The translations under genes were made by a program, and so were the position numbers. Positions 8,801-18,160 of a DNA stretch of 64,000 nt are shown piece by piece. The stretch lies in assembly GCA_018267385.1 (NCBI GenBank), contig JAFDYN010000008.1, forward strand, positions 259,764 through 323,763, read 5' to 3'. Position 1 is the first letter of the stretch. Every line of letters starts with the position of its first letter. Below the pieces are notes generated by a model. That model saw only the letters and a list, made by a program, of their open reading frames with translations, had not been told where the DNA came from and searched no databases. Source of the stretch: Bacteroidota bacterium. Its GTDB lineage: Bacteria; Bacteroidota; Bacteroidia; Chitinophagales; LD1.

Positions 8801-11675
8801 GAGTAGGGTTGCTAGGTCCTAGTGCTGCCGGCAGCAGCCACTGATAGTGGGCAATGTAGCCTGTAGACGTAGACGTAAATATTAGTGGATTGAGAGGAGA
8901 TGAATTGGCCTGGCAGGTGATAGTATCACTCATCGCAAAGTCTGACACGACGCTATCTGACACGATCGTCTTGGTAGATATGCTGCTACAGCCAAAGGAA
9001 TCTATCACAGTCATAGCAGCCAGATAAGAGTTCAACCCGGAATATGTGTGTGAGACATGTATACCGCTGCTATCCACATTACTCCCATCACCAAAACTCC
9101 ATATCACAGAGCGCGGCACCTCTCCAAATGTGTACTGAGGATTACCGTTAAACTGAACAACAAACGGACTACATCCGGCGGTATCACTCACTGTGAATAG
9201 CGAAAATGGCCTGAAGATTTTAATGTAAGACGATTTACAGATAGTGTCTTTACACCCTCCCTGATAGGTAAACTGGCCGCAAACCTGATAAATACTGGGA
9301 CTTGAGATTAGGGGCCTAAATGGATAGCCTGTATAGCCTGCGGGCGGATTATTAAAATTTGGTGGGGCATTGGCACTCGTGACACTCCACACTACACTGG
9401 GGGCAGAAACTCCAGCCCCAAGTACTAGATTGATCGTATCCCTATACACATTGGGACTGCAAAATACTCTTGGCCCAGTAGAGATGAAGTCGACCCCCGA
9501 GCAGGAAGTATAAAAGGTATCGGCCTTGACGTGTTCACAGCCAGTAGTGAAATTATCTGCTACTAATCTGACCACGTGTCGCGAACCACACGGTCCCAGA
9601 AGAGAGGAATGAACAATATTTTGATTGACATAGATCTGGCCGTCTACATACCATGTGATGGAGTCTGCGCCCACAGTCGTACTGGTCAGCGTGATCACGT
9701 TAGATCCCGGACATCCCAGCGTCTTTGTAAATTGAGCTGCAGGCGCCCATATATGGACCGAATCTGTAGGGGCCGTCAGACATACAGTATCACCATGGCA
9801 GGTTCCCGAGTTGGCCACATAGCATGGTAGAAAAGCACCAAGATCATGATACTTATAGCAGTTTACAAACACACCTGCCGAATCCAGCAAATTAGTGGTC
9901 ACAGATGGTGCACCTAGTCCTTCAGTCCATACTATGACTGTAGTGGGTGTATCAGTACCAGAGGTGACTACCGCGCGGAAGTGATTGCACTCTTGCTCAT
10001 AGCATACATCGCGTGGATAGATAGACAGGCTGACTGATGGTTTGCCTGTCACACAGATCGAATCTCTCAGCGTATCTATACACCCGGAGGTAGATCGCAG
10101 CGCCATGGTGTACTTGTGACAGCCTTTGGTAGTATACTTTACATATATCGAGTCCTGACCGTGTGGTATCGTGACTGCACCAGGAAAACTCCAGACCGTA
10201 GAACTGAAAGGCCCCCCAGTGGTCGTATTGACCAGCAGGAAAGTATCATTTACACAGCCGTTGCCTAGCTGGAGCACTCTGTCAGTAGCATGCAGTGGCT
10301 GAGCGGCGATCAGATTGTTTTGTATCAATGTCGAGATACATCCCAGTGTATCAGTGACCCTCAGTACAGGTGTATAGTTTTGGTACGCAGAGAGCGTTAC
10401 AGACGTACCGGTATGGCTGGTCGGAGTAGTATTACCGGGTGGGTTCCAGCTAAACGCGCAAGATGGACATGACGGCCCTGTATAGGTCAGGGTCGACGTG
10501 AGCGGCACCGTGCAGGAGTAGGTCGGAGAGGCTGTAAAATTTATGGGGAGCACCTGACCAAAACTGTCTGCCACAGCTACTGTCATCGTATCAGCACACC
10601 CTCCGGCGTAATAGACGACCAGCTGAGCACCGTACTTACCGGGATTAGTATACGATACGTTCACACAGCTATTGCTGGTAGCGGTGAGGGTAGATGGGGA
10701 GCCACCGGGAAAACTCCAGTTATAAGAAAGAGCGCCCGGTGTGCATGGGCAATACGTGCCAGTACCCGGTACACATGGAGTATTACGAGTAGCAGTGAAA
10801 CACGCCGCCGCATAGCTACCCACATTCACATACGATGGCCTGTTCAGCGTATCAGAGCATCCGGTCACAGAGTCGATAGCTATCAGTTTCACACCATGTA
10901 CACCTGTGGTATAGGCATGGACGAAGGTATTGGAGTGGCCTGTCTGTGCGGCCGTTGTACTGCCATCCACATACCAATAGTAGAGGGTAGCGGCTGTACC
11001 GCCGGTAGCGGTCATCGTACTGGTCATCGGTGAGGCGCACCCGTTGAGCGGTGCACCGGTAAAACTAGCCACGGGACGTGCCTGGATATTGATGGGAGCA
11101 AAATTAGAGTCAGTAGTACAGCCACAAGCATCCGTAATGATCACACCGGGGTGATAGGTACCCTGTAGGGTATAGGTATGTGAGGCAGGCACCTGAGTGC
11201 TTATCTGCCCCTGACGCCAGTCTACGATGTAGCTCAGCGGACCGCAGCCCGGATCATAGGTACTCGCATCGGTATAGGTCACCGTCCCTCCCAGGCAGGT
11301 ATTGACCGGAGAGAAGGTCCCCCTGATCACCGGCGGGCAGTGCACTATGAAGTTACTATCTACGGCTGTACAGGTTACTCCGTTTACAACAGTGGTCATC
11401 GTTACTTTCACCCTACCGCAAACGTTCATAGTAGCTGATGCCTGATAGTTGTTATTTACCGCGATGCTCGTAGAGCTGGATAGAAACTTGATCACCCAGT
11501 TCGTATTGGTAGCGCCGGGGGTGGTATTTTCCAGATTGAGTACATAGCTACCTTGACAGCCTGATCGTTGATTTGCCGAAAAGGTGCACTGAGCATTCAT
11601 CGCACCTGCTACCAGGATCAAAAACAACAAAATGGAAGAATAAAATACATTCTTCCTTAAAGTAGAACTCTTCAT
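5811..11675 (-). CDS. Giant cell-surface adhesin-like protein with many PKD/Ig-like repeats and a T9SS type-B (gliding-motility-associated CHU_C) C-terminal sorting domain
   Basis: 1954 aa with a signal peptide. Repeated W(D/S)FGDG(S/T) PKD signatures. C-terminus IPNTFTPNADGNNDVFRIRG...IYDRWGNLV...WNG...GVFVYV...GNVTLIR. Confidence 0.88.
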   Translation of the reverse strand: MKSSTLRKNVFYSSILLFLILVAGAMNAQCTFSANQRSGCQGSYVLNLENTTPGATNTNWVIKFLSSSTSIAVNNNYQASATMNVCGRVKVTMTTVVNGVTCTAVDSNFIVHCPPVIRGTFSPVNTCLGGTVTYTDASTYDPGCGPLSYIVDWRQGQISTQVPASHTYTLQGTYHPGVIITDACGCTTDSNFAPINIQARPVASFTGAPLNGCASPMTSTMTATGGTAATLYYWYVDGSTTAAQTGHSNTFVHAYTTGVHGVKLIAIDSVTGCSDTLNRPSYVNVGSYAAACFTATRNTPCVPGTGTYCPCTPGALSYNWSFPGGSPSTLTATSNSCVNVSYTNPGKYGAQLVVYYAGGCADTMTVAVADSFGQVLPINFTASPTYSCTVPLTSTLTYTGPSCPSCAFSWNPPGNTTPTSHTGTSVTLSAYQNYTPVLRVTDTLGCISTLIQNNLIAAQPLHATDRVLQLGNGCVNDTFLLVNTTTGGPFSSTVWSFPGAVTIPHGQDSIYVKYTTKGCHKYTMALRSTSGCIDTLRDSICVTGKPSVSLSIYPRDVCYEQECNHFRAVVTSGTDTPTTVIVWTEGLGAPSVTTNLLDSAGVFVNCYKYHDLGAFLPCYVANSGTCHGDTVCLTAPTDSVHIWAPAAQFTKTLGCPGSNVITLTSTTVGADSITWYVDGQIYVNQNIVHSSLLGPCGSRHVVRLVADNFTTGCEHVKADTFYTSCSGVDFISTGPRVFCSPNVYRDTINLVLGAGVSAPSVVWSVTSANAPPNFNNPPAGYTGYPFRPLISSPSIYQVCGQFTYQGGCKDTICKSSYIKIFRPFSLFTVSDTAGCSPFVVQFNGNPQYTFGEVPRSVIWSFGDGSNVDSSGIHVSHTYSGLNSYLAAMTVIDSFGCSSISTKTIVSDSVVSDFAMSDTITCQANSSPLNPLIFTSTSTGYIAHYQWLLPAALGPSNPTPGDVPSFSCQFANQGTGNVCLVAIDRYNICRDTICKSVTVRNPVADYTFSNLQDTANLCPRIIINPFMDMSTNNICSYYWDFGDGSHTDTARNPSHIYYRPGNFVITHIVQSCHGCSDTSRRYTIHAKGPVVHMTSEKAGGCGCTPVRLFISSYDADSIVIQSDNGIPSFINMPIPRGTQANPTLDTVTITYCNINVYRPYVRSWQLPDTSCMQLYTLEDPTGDSIPVVIDTPTVNFADTFQACGNNTVCFTKLTTYNSIYSHSVQRAWDFGDGTPADSTPNPCHTYAAPGDYNVTLSVRTNLGCTGSLTRHVHVQAPPVARLVMDDTIGCVPLLLHFTDSSTVDDSTSIVSGQWNIGYNNTVYNTYQDTSYNYTVGGNYIASLTITDGYGCSDTDYQNIVVKPIATLTVGPDQTICLGSSATLSASGSPPLHWDTYYNIDTTNNAAPVVTPQTDTFYIARAGDVPRCYTYDTVHVSVSTITASSSTTGLCLGQTTQFTATAQVTHSSASSFLWWFGDGSTGSGQTVSHSYFAPGTYQDTLVVISALGCRDTVYNSLTLGDKPHAALMVAPASVCLGAPVTVTNNSTAGISAPLAAFGIDMQSDGTPEFTTSPDTYTYSIAGAYTVTLVQTDANGCIDTARQSVTVHRIPTSSTAADTNCIDRPNSIAGNWTIGDGAISHYHWSINGSIQPDDSAVLHRTFMTPGTYHVCFAVEDVYGCQSPDGCNDIVIIAEPIDTVYPNKDTTICLGYSVGFHVTGLFGSVQWTPPSYIDNPNDTDVVITPRQPMQYLLHVYFGHCTPKIDTVTVYVIDSVPVEASANPENIVLGLSSDVSSTVKGTIDSIVWDPDSTLSCRTCRNPIARPHQTTTYNATIYYSKNGVTCSNRASVTVTVITSCDNSLIYIPNTFTPNADGNNDVFRIRGQGITKVNYFRIYDRWGNLVHDISNADTPEDAAWNGGKRNDKARPENSGVFVYVFEVVCTTGQTISGKGNVTLIR

Positions 11676-11793
11676 GTAGAAATTTTCATTAACCAGGGTA
11701 TACTGATAAAGATAACATAAACAACTTTAAAGTTGCACCTTATCTTCTTCAATAATGCGTTTTTTTTCACACAGATCACAAGCATAATTAAAA

Positions 11794-11832
11794 ATGGTAA
11801 TACGCCCCTAATATGCACGGGCGTATTACCAT
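11794..11832 (-). terminator. Rho-independent terminator after the upstream PorP/SprF gene
   Basis: Perfect 14-bp stem atggtaatacgccc / gggcgtattaccat with an 11-nt loop. On the minus strand it is followed by tttt(aatt). It separates the two cargo/PorP modules. Confidence 0.7.
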
Positions 11833-11863
11833 CTTCTATCGGCAAACCTGGGGGATCAGGCCT

Positions 11864-12871
11864 TTACCATTGTGCGCAAGACACATTGGTCTTAGGCACA
11901 TATTTTTTCTTCTTATAAATGTAGATCACGCCTATCTCTATCGCACCTACCGTATTAGACGCCCTGCGCAGGTTAGACACATTGATATCATATGCTACCC
12001 CCAGCGACACCTGCCGGTAGTCCAGTCGCACATTAGGGATGAGGGCATCACCTCCCTCCTGGCCACCAAACCGGGCATTGAATCCGAAGGTAAATGAATT
12101 AACCGAGTTATACCGCTCACCAAATAGTAACTGACCCGCGGCACCTACATTGGCCTGAAAGCTGGGACCTTGGGCCATAAAGAGCACTGTGGGCACCAGG
12201 TTCCACCTGTTTTTGATGGCTATCACGGCACCGCCATGACCCACAAACTTAGAAGCCAGGCGCTCACTGCTCACATCGGAAAATGACTCCTTAGGCTGGG
12301 ATACGTGAGCATACGCAAAGCCCAGGTACATACTGACCCTCTTCTTGAAGTCGACATTGTAGCGTATACCTACAGTCGCATCAAAAGCCATATTCAGTTT
12401 GCCTATAGACTCAGCTATCGGCGTGGGGAAAAGTGCATTACCATTCCGGAATTGCTTAGCCATGATCTCCCCTGCCAGGCCCAGCGCTATAGAGTGCTTG
12501 ACACGGTATCCGAATGCCTTTGAGTAAGCGATACTCACAGTACCATCTGTCAGCGTGAGAGCCTGGTCACCTGCGGCATCTCTTATGAAACTGCCGCCTA
12601 TACCCAGGTAGTCCTGCTTGCGCCGGCCCAGGCGTATATCCCCATCCGCATAGGCACCATAGGTCTCATACTTCGTGCCCCCCATCGGAGAGCCTACTGT
12701 AAACCACTGCCGGCGGTAAATAAATCCGAAACGTGCGTCTCCCTCAAAAAATCCGGTCATAGCAGGATTGAGGTATGTCGGCATCATGTGATATTGTGAG
12801 AAGTGAGGGTCTTGAGCCTTCAGGCCCACCGCTCCGGCACATAGTAATATCAGGTATAAAACCTTCTTCAT
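11864..12871 (-). CDS. PorP/SprF-family type IX secretion system membrane protein
   Basis: Signal peptide followed by AQDPHFSQYHMMPTYLNPAMTG. Paralogous in layout to 4745..5800. Lies 10 nt downstream of a type-B CTD cargo gene. Confidence 0.85.
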   Translation of the reverse strand: MKKVLYLILLCAGAVGLKAQDPHFSQYHMMPTYLNPAMTGFFEGDARFGFIYRRQWFTVGSPMGGTKYETYGAYADGDIRLGRRKQDYLGIGGSFIRDAAGDQALTLTDGTVSIAYSKAFGYRVKHSIALGLAGEIMAKQFRNGNALFPTPIAESIGKLNMAFDATVGIRYNVDFKKRVSMYLGFAYAHVSQPKESFSDVSSERLASKFVGHGGAVIAIKNRWNLVPTVLFMAQGPSFQANVGAAGQLLFGERYNSVNSFTFGFNARFGGQEGGDALIPNVRLDYRQVSLGVAYDINVSNLRRASNTVGAIEIGVIYIYKKKKYVPKTNVSCAQW

Positions 12872-12880
12872 TCCTGCTTT

Positions 12881-14893
12881 TTATTTGATTAAAGATATAT
12901 TGCCGCCCTGTATCCGCTTGTGATCCTCATAGGCCAGTTTGTATTCTATGGCATAGGTAAATACGGCTGTATTCAGTGGCCGGTTCGTATTATATACGTC
13001 AGTGCCATCCCAGTAAAAATCCGGATCGGTAGACTCATAAACCTTATTGCCCCATCTGTCATATATCCAGATATGAAAGGCCTCAAGAGTGCTCTGGTAC
13101 TGTATAAGCTTAAAATTATCGTTTATTCCATCATTATTAGGGGTAAAGGTATTGGGCACCACCATTTTAGACGAGTCCTCCAGCACCACTACAGTCACCG
13201 TATCATGCAGCTCACATGCCTGGCCGTAGATCAGTGTGACTGTATAGGTAGTAGATACCTGTGGCTTGTCATATACATCTGTGCTGCCTGTAGAGCCATC
13301 TACGTATGGCACCCAAAACGCATTTTTCACAGGTACATTATTGAATGCGTGCAGCTCCACTGTCTCGCCCCGGTATACAGACGCCGGAGCCGTTAGTTGC
13401 ACATAAGCACTGTATCCAGGTACTGTACCTGCCAGTACAGTGTCACATCCTACAGCATCAGTCACCGTTACTACATAGGTGCCTACACTTAGTCCACCTG
13501 CTACGCTGGTAGTACTACCATTACTCCAGTGATAGGAGAAGGGGCCATCATTTGACGTAGCTACTACTACCAATGCGCCATTATGCTCTATAGAGCAGAT
13601 GGTATCGGCAGGATTCATACGCGCAGATGGACCTGCGGTGGTCAGTACCGTGTCACGCAGCGTGTCAGCACAGCCATGACTGTCAGTGACCATCACTGTG
13701 ATAGAAGAGTCGCCTACCAGCGCGCTCACAGAGTCTGCCGGCGTAGCCGGTACTCCCTGAGACCATACAAAACTGTACGGCGGGGTACCTCCATGGCTCA
13801 AGACCACTGCGGTACCATCATGCCTGTGGCAGTGGTCGGGGGTCACATTCAGAGTATCGGTCAGCTTAGACGAGGGGCCTGACACCACGATCGTGTCTAC
13901 CACATTGGTACATCCGCTATTGCTCACTGATACATAGTAGGTGCCGGCGGCCAGATGCGTCGCCGAGTCTGTATGATTAGTATTGCTGTTGCTCCAGGTA
14001 TATACGCAGCCGCCATTACAGTTGCCGGCATTCAGAGTGATAGATCCATTTTGATCGCCGTAGCATTGCTCCGGTGTCACTACTACATTATTAAAGGTCG
14101 GCGTAGTGCTATTGTCGGTCAGTACGATATTGCTGGTAGTGATACTGCATCCGGTGGTCATATTGAGCACGTTGGCATAATAGGTCCCCGGCAGTAAATT
14201 GCCAAGATATGGTGAGCTGCCCGATTGCAGCAGTGTCGGTCCGTTAGCACTATAAAAATCTACCCGGAAATTAGAATTCGGATTGATGGTTAGCTGGATA
14301 TCGCCGTTGTTCCTGTTGCAGGACGGGTTGTGAGAGGTGCTGGTCGCCGTAAAATTAACTGCTATCAGGGTCTTGCTGGCAGTAGCTGTACAGCCATTCA
14401 GGTCATTTGAGACTACTGTGAAGGTGTAGACCCCGGATGTGGCAGTAGATACATAGAGGGGATCAGTGGTAGATGGACTGGTCAGTGTACCTCCACTCCA
14501 CGTGTAGGTAGCCGTCGGATTATTGGCTGTGGCTACCAGTGTATCCTCACCGCTCGTGCAGAAAGTATCCCTCGCCGCTGTGATGTTCACTGCGGCAGCC
14601 GGGGTAGAGGCTATCGTATAGGGTACATTCACCGAGTCTACTCCGTCCCATACTGTCACTGTACCCGAGCCGGCAGGCTGATTATTGATGGTAGTAGTGG
14701 TGAGGCCGCTGGGATACCAGTGGTACTGGTAGCTGCCCGTCCCGCCGGTGGCGTTGGCCGTAGCCGTACCACTGCTGGGGCCGCAACTGGAGGTGGTCGT
14801 CACGGTCGCGCCGAGCGCCTGGGCATACCCGCTGGCGGTGAATAGCAGCAGGCTGGTCAGGCCCAGAAATATCTTAAAGCAGAGATTCTTCAT
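12881..14893 (-). CDS. Surface protein with SprB-type repeats and a T9SS type-B C-terminal sorting domain
   Basis: 670 aa with a signal peptide. Repeats of the form C..(N/D)G.....GG..PY.Y.W (for example DHCHRHDGTAVVLSHGGTPPYSFVWSQ). C-terminus VPNTFTPNNDGINDNFKL...IYDRWGNKVYES...WDGT. Confidence 0.85.
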   Translation of the reverse strand: MKNLCFKIFLGLTSLLLFTASGYAQALGATVTTTSSCGPSSGTATANATGGTGSYQYHWYPSGLTTTTINNQPAGSGTVTVWDGVDSVNVPYTIASTPAAAVNITAARDTFCTSGEDTLVATANNPTATYTWSGGTLTSPSTTDPLYVSTATSGVYTFTVVSNDLNGCTATASKTLIAVNFTATSTSHNPSCNRNNGDIQLTINPNSNFRVDFYSANGPTLLQSGSSPYLGNLLPGTYYANVLNMTTGCSITTSNIVLTDNSTTPTFNNVVVTPEQCYGDQNGSITLNAGNCNGGCVYTWSNSNTNHTDSATHLAAGTYYVSVSNSGCTNVVDTIVVSGPSSKLTDTLNVTPDHCHRHDGTAVVLSHGGTPPYSFVWSQGVPATPADSVSALVGDSSITVMVTDSHGCADTLRDTVLTTAGPSARMNPADTICSIEHNGALVVVATSNDGPFSYHWSNGSTTSVAGGLSVGTYVVTVTDAVGCDTVLAGTVPGYSAYVQLTAPASVYRGETVELHAFNNVPVKNAFWVPYVDGSTGSTDVYDKPQVSTTYTVTLIYGQACELHDTVTVVVLEDSSKMVVPNTFTPNNDGINDNFKLIQYQSTLEAFHIWIYDRWGNKVYESTDPDFYWDGTDVYNTNRPLNTAVFTYAIEYKLAYEDHKRIQGGNISLIK

Positions 14894-15010
14894 CTTTGAT
14901 TTTTACAGCAGAAAAAAGGATTTGTTACAAAAAAACCGCGAATAAACTTAGCCATAGCGCTAATTGTATCAAAAACAAGATACTAACACATAGACGGCCT
15001 ATATATACAA

Positions 15011-15844
15011 ATGGCTGCAAAGCGCGACACCCGCCGGAAAGCCCTACCTTTGTTAAAAATCTCCCGGTACGTGAAACACGGCATCGCATCTCTCAGCATC
15101 ATACCCATGCGGCAGGGCCCAAACCACCGCAGTGAGATGGTATCGCAGCTCCTCTTTGGCGAGACCTATGAGGTGCTGGATATCAAGAATAGCTGGGTGC
15201 AGATCCGCTGCACGCTCGATGGCTACGAGGGCTGGATAGATGCCGCTCAACATACCGCTATGCTGGAGAAGGATTTTCGCCTGGTGACCATAGACAATAT
15301 AGGTGTGGCCATAGACCTCTTCTACTCCGCCACCTCCAGTGACAAGTCTGTGACCCTGGTCACGGGCGCCTCCCTCCCATTCTTTGACGGAATCAACTTC
15401 AAACTCGGTAAGGAAAAATACATCTACAACGGGCAGGCCGTGATGAGCGACCAGATACGCACTGTCAATATGCTGGAGAAAGTAGCCCTGCGCTTCCTCA
15501 ATGCGCCCTACCTCTGGGGTGGTCGCAGCCCGCTGGGCATAGACTGCTCGGGGTTTGTACAGGTACTCTACAAGTGTATCGGCACTTGGCTCCCGCGCGA
15601 TGCCTACCAGCAGGCCGAGGTAGGCCGTGTCATCAATTTTGCGGAGGAGGCTACCCTCGGCGACCTCGCTTTTTTCAGCAATGAGGAGGGCAAGATCACA
15701 CACGTAGGAATGATACTAAAGGATAAGCGCATCATCCACGCCTCCGGCCGCGTGCGCATAGACACCTTTGACCACTTCGGCATCTTCAACGCTGAGACCA
15801 ATAAGTACTCCCACCAGCTCAAGATCATCAGGAGGATACTCTGA
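15011..15844 (+). CDS. NlpC/P60 (C40) family peptidoglycan peptidase with an N-terminal SH3b-like domain
   Basis: SEMVSQLLFGE...WV (SH3b-like), then YLWGGRSPLGIDCSGFVQ (catalytic Cys) and ITHVGM (His). The exact start is uncertain. Confidence 0.85.
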   Translation: MAAKRDTRRKALPLLKISRYVKHGIASLSIIPMRQGPNHRSEMVSQLLFGETYEVLDIKNSWVQIRCTLDGYEGWIDAAQHTAMLEKDFRLVTIDNIGVAIDLFYSATSSDKSVTLVTGASLPFFDGINFKLGKEKYIYNGQAVMSDQIRTVNMLEKVALRFLNAPYLWGGRSPLGIDCSGFVQVLYKCIGTWLPRDAYQQAEVGRVINFAEEATLGDLAFFSNEEGKITHVGMILKDKRIIHASGRVRIDTFDHFGIFNAETNKYSHQLKIIRRIL

Positions 15845-16217
15845 TAGTAGTATTAATAAATTTTATATTTGGCTTTCCTGTTCTACCATTCTTGTATTTG
15901 AATTAATACCGGCCTTGCGCACTTTGCCGTTAAGAAGCAACTGCGACGCATGGCAAGGTTGGCGGTCACTGTTTGAGCCATCCTGCAGAATAAATCAAAA
16001 GATAAAAAAGCTTTGCATCGGCTTAAATTCCGTCAGCAGACGGCGAGTTTGACCGGCAGCGGGTGGGTGCAGTTGTTTTAGGCAAAGTGCGCAGAGCCTT
16101 GATCTTTTGTTTCTTTTGGATCAAGCCAAAAGAAAGGCAGAGTATAAATTCTCTACACTAAAAGTCACATTAGTAACGCTGTATGCTTTGCGTTTCCGCG
16201 CTTTTGCAGTTAGATCA

Positions 16218-16544
16218 TTATCCCTCCAGAAACTTCTGGCAAGCCTCCGCACACTCCTTGCACATCTTACTGCACTTGCGGCAGTGATCATTGTCATGCT
16301 TGCCGCACTCATCCCCACAGGCCTCGCACACCTCTGCGCATAGCTTCAGGTAGCTTTCTTTATTCTCAGAGTCCCGGCTCAGGATAGACGATGTGAGGCG
16401 GCAGACATCCGCACACTCACGATCCAGCTCTATACAGCGGGTCATCATCATCACATTCTCCTCATTCAGGCAGGCGCTAAAGCAGTAGTCACACGTAGCA
16501 GCACACTCCATCAGTTGCTCAGTCAGTTTATTTTGTCCCATCAT
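16218..16544 (-). CDS. Cysteine-rich four-helix-bundle (DUF326-type) putative copper/metal-binding protein
   Basis: 108 aa with repeated C..C....C spacing (CAATCDYCFSAC, CADVC, CAEVCEACGDEC, CRKCSKMCKECAEAC). Confidence 0.75.
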   Translation of the reverse strand: MMGQNKLTEQLMECAATCDYCFSACLNEENVMMMTRCIELDRECADVCRLTSSILSRDSENKESYLKLCAEVCEACGDECGKHDNDHCRKCSKMCKECAEACQKFLEG

Positions 16545-16571
16545 TTCACATTTATCTGGTTTGGTAAATAT

Positions 16572-16988
16572 CTATCTCTCGGCAGCCATCAGCGCCACAT
16601 AGTCCTGCACGATACGCTCATGATCAAAGGCCAGGCTAAATTGTTCCGGCTCGCGTGTCAGCACCAGGTCCTCCGCGTCAGAGCCCGCCTCCATCACACC
16701 GGATACCGGGTGTGCCAGAAATGCTACCGACACATACCGCCCTCTCGGATCCCTGTCTGGATCAGAGTAGACGCCTATCACATGGTCCAGCGCGATGGTC
16801 AGGCCTGTCTCTTCTTTTGCCTCGCGTATGGCTGCTGCCTCTATCGTCTCGCCACTTTCCATTTTGCCACCGGGCAGGCCCCATTCGCCTTTGTACGGTT
16901 CGCTCTTGCGCTTGGCCAGCACTACGGATCCATCTGCCAGCCGTATCACGACATCCGCCGTCAATATGATCATTTCTTTATCTTCCAT
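16572..16988 (-). CDS. NUDIX hydrolase
   Basis: Nudix box GLPGGKMESGETIEAAAIREAKEETGL. Confidence 0.88.
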   Translation of the reverse strand: MEDKEMIILTADVVIRLADGSVVLAKRKSEPYKGEWGLPGGKMESGETIEAAAIREAKEETGLTIALDHVIGVYSDPDRDPRGRYVSVAFLAHPVSGVMEAGSDAEDLVLTREPEQFSLAFDHERIVQDYVALMAAER

Positions 16989-17029
16989 CGCAGCCTCCCG
17001 TTTTCAATTATCAATTGTCAGTTATCAAT

Positions 17030-17518
17030 TTACTTAGCTTTTGCCTGCTTCTCGTATAGCCCCACCAGCTCACCTTCTGCCAGTATGTGTCCTGTCATCG
17101 CCTTTATCAGTTCCTCTTTGCTTGAGCCTTCCTTCAGGTCGAGCATTTGGTCCAGTGCATATATTTTAAAGAAATAGTGATGCTGCCCTTTGGGCGGGCA
17201 CGGGCCCATATAGCGGTTTTCACCGCGCTCGTTTTTCCCTTGTGTGCCGGGCCGCGCACCCTCATTTATCATACGGGTATCAGCGGGTATATTCCAGGCT
17301 ATCCAGTGGGTCACCACCTTTTTATCCGCATCCGGATCGTCCACCACTATCGCCAGGCTTTTGGTATGGGCGGGCACCTCGCCTATCAGTAGTGGCGGGC
17401 TTATATTTTCACCCTCGCAGGTGTATTTCACGGGTATATCGCCATTGGCCTTGAACGCCGGGCTCGTGAGCGGAAAGCTGACCTTGCTTATCATCAGTAG
17501 CATGATTAAAAAGTTCAT
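17030..17518 (-). CDS. YbhB/YbcL-family (PEBP / Raf-kinase-inhibitor-like) protein, secreted
   Basis: Signal peptide. SLAIVVDDPDA...THWIAWNIP and GPCPPKGQHHYFFKIYALD are typical of bacterial PEBP. Confidence 0.85.
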   Translation of the reverse strand: MNFLIMLLMISKVSFPLTSPAFKANGDIPVKYTCEGENISPPLLIGEVPAHTKSLAIVVDDPDADKKVVTHWIAWNIPADTRMINEGARPGTQGKNERGENRYMGPCPPKGQHHYFFKIYALDQMLDLKEGSSKEELIKAMTGHILAEGELVGLYEKQAKAK

Positions 17519-17581
17519 GATATGAGATTTATGGATGGATGAATGAAAAAGAAGTCCGGCCTTATGCCGGACCTTCCGATT

Positions 17582-17845
17582 TTATTTTTCAGACTTGTGA
17601 GAAGAAGACCTGCCAGAGGACGACGACCTCGGAGATGAGGAGTGGCTTCTCGACGAGCCCTTTGATGAGCTCGATTTTTTAGGCACCTTGCCTCCTTCCT
17701 TGCGGGCCTCAGACAGGCCTATCGCTATCGCCTGCTTCTTGCTGGTCACTTTCTTGTCGCTGTTGCCGGATTTGAGTTTGCCTTCATGCATCTCATGCAT
17801 GGCCTTCTCCACTTTTTCACCGGCCTTTTTTCCATACTTTGCCAT
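17582..17845 (-). CDS. Small basic DUF6496-like protein with a Ser/Arg-rich tail
   Basis: I start it at the internal ATG (17845). MAKYGKKAGEKVEKAMHEMHEGKLKSG...KKQAIAIGLSEARKEG matches the conserved small-protein family. The upstream 58 codons of the tracked ORF look non-coding. Confidence 0.65.
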   Translation of the reverse strand: MAKYGKKAGEKVEKAMHEMHEGKLKSGNSDKKVTSKKQAIAIGLSEARKEGGKVPKKSSSSKGSSRSHSSSPRSSSSGRSSSHKSEK

Positions 17846-18160
17846 AACAGTTGATTTTATTGTCTTTTCAGCTACAAACACCATACCCGCAGTGCTGAGG
17901 GCGATATTTGCGCAAACTGAGGAGCAGCCTGCCGCAGTATCGCTATGTTTCACCGTCTCCGTCACAATAAATCTGCTGGCACAGTGTTTGGGTATATGAG
18001 CGTCTAAACCCGCTCCCATATGATGATCCGCAATTTTCTAAAAGCAGTAGCAGCCATCGGGATCAGTTCCCTCTGTGTTTTTGCCATGGCCTCAGGCCAC
18101 GTCCCTACCAGCAAACACTACAAGGCAGTGGCACAGCTATTTGCATACAGGTAAAAAACT

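Noticed and set aside
15053-15703. 216-aa reverse ORF antisense to the NlpC/P60 gene. Similar long antisense ORFs occur at 16515..17177, 45329..45865, 49484..50065, 51510..52319 and 54210..54755.
   Set aside because: Each is embedded in a gene with recognisable catalytic motifs on the opposite strand and has no recognisable motif of its own.
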